Positions 62,973 through 64,000 of a stretch of DNA of 64,000 nt are shown here, one piece after another. Source of the stretch: Lama guanicoe (lineage: Eukaryota); NCBI GenBank assembly GCA_013239625.1, contig MU053448.1, forward strand, positions 372,001-436,000. Direction: 5' to 3'. Position numbers and translations under genes: made by a program. Numbering within the stretch: position 1 is the first letter of the stretch; each line of letters starts with the position of its first letter. The notes beneath the pieces are model-generated. The model did not search any database and was not told the origin of the DNA. It saw only the letters and a program-made list of their open reading frames with translations.

Positions 62973-64000
62973 GTATTAATGTTTCCCTTTCTCTCCTTAT
63001 AAGTGTCTTAGGTATTTGTAATCATGTTTATGCATATTAAAGGGTATGAGTTTTAGCCTGTTGAAATGAACTGCTAATGAAAAATGTAAAGTAAGGTTAT
63101 AATGAAATGTAATGTGTCGGAGGCTTAAAAAAATATCAATCTAATTATCTTCTGTTAATCCTGGAAGTCAGTCTCTGCATGCAGGTAAGTGTGTGTATGG
63201 ATTGTGTTATTACTGCTATAATCAGTTTGTTGGCATTCATCAGGGAATCAGTCTTGAATTTACTGTCACTGTGTGTGAAGAAGTGACTGGGTGATGGAGA
63301 GACCAGCTAGATGTGGTAGTCAGTCTCTCCTCTGGACTAAGAGGATAGCTTCACTCAGGAAACTCCACTTCCTCTCAGGAAAGGTTAAGGTTAAAGGTCA
63401 AAGTAAGAAAAGCTGCAACATTGTTTTCCTTTTCCTTTTTTTTTTTTAAATAAAACTATAGCAGAAATCTTTGATCATCATGTTTTTCTTTATGATAAAA
63501 CCCTATGATTTAATGTCAAGAGAACAGTTTTTCTCAGCAAGGTCATTTTCCCCCTTTGTAATGCAAGGGTTTCTGTGTGACCCATCATGTCCTCCTTTTT
63601 GGCCTTGGCTTCCAAAAAGCGTAGAGCTCAATGTAATGTTCATTTGCAAAATGAAACTGGCAGAAGTTTGGAGAGTCCCTCCCTTCCCCAGAGGTTTTCT
63701 ACAGGAGCTCATTCAGCAGGACACAGGGGTGTAGTGTCCGTGGCATGGGTCCGCTCAGCTTTGTTGCTTCCCGTGGCTTTGTAGAGACATTGCTGTTGGG
63801 CTCGGTGCTGTGGAGACCTTGTGTATGTTCTAGGCTCCATTCCATCTGGTCCATATTTGTCTGATGCTGTATGTTTTTCCGTTGCTTTATTCTGTCTTCC
63901 TAGGTCTGTTTTAGTTGTGTCAATTTTCTGTAAAGCTCAATTCTTAAAAAGAATCCAATCTGAGAGTCTTTATTCTGTATGTGAATTTAATCTTTTACAA

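Noticed and set aside
1..64000. Possibility that this is a HERC2 pseudogene or duplicon like human HERC2P
   Set aside because: All 16 coding exons are in order, in frame, stop-free and with intact GT-AG sites and CpG island.

Overview
Mammalian genomic DNA containing the 5' part of HERC2 (giant HECT/RCC1-like E3 ubiquitin ligase) on the + strand. It holds a CpG-island promoter (~720-1560), a probable non-coding exon 1 and 16 coding exons (exons 2-17). These splice GT-AG in frame to 2520 nt / 840 aa with no stop and include the first RCC1-like domain (RLD1). The gene continues beyond the window. Eight copies of a tRNA-Ala(AGC)-derived SINE of the vic-1 type point to a camelid (alpaca/llama/camel). 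Introns are filled with L1 fragments of several ages, MaLR/ERVL LTRs and MER-type DNA transposons. I found no convincing new biological system. The best second-look items are an L1 insertion with apparent serial 3' transduction, the 8/8 antisense SINE bias, a 60-bp intron-3 segment that reads as a degenerate hammerhead, a poison exon or an antisense exon, an unexplained 22-bp direct repeat, and alternative 5'UTR splicing. Repeat names and human/mouse comparisons are from memory of consensus sequences, not from searches. Repeat boundaries are approximate unless a TSD or TIR is given.
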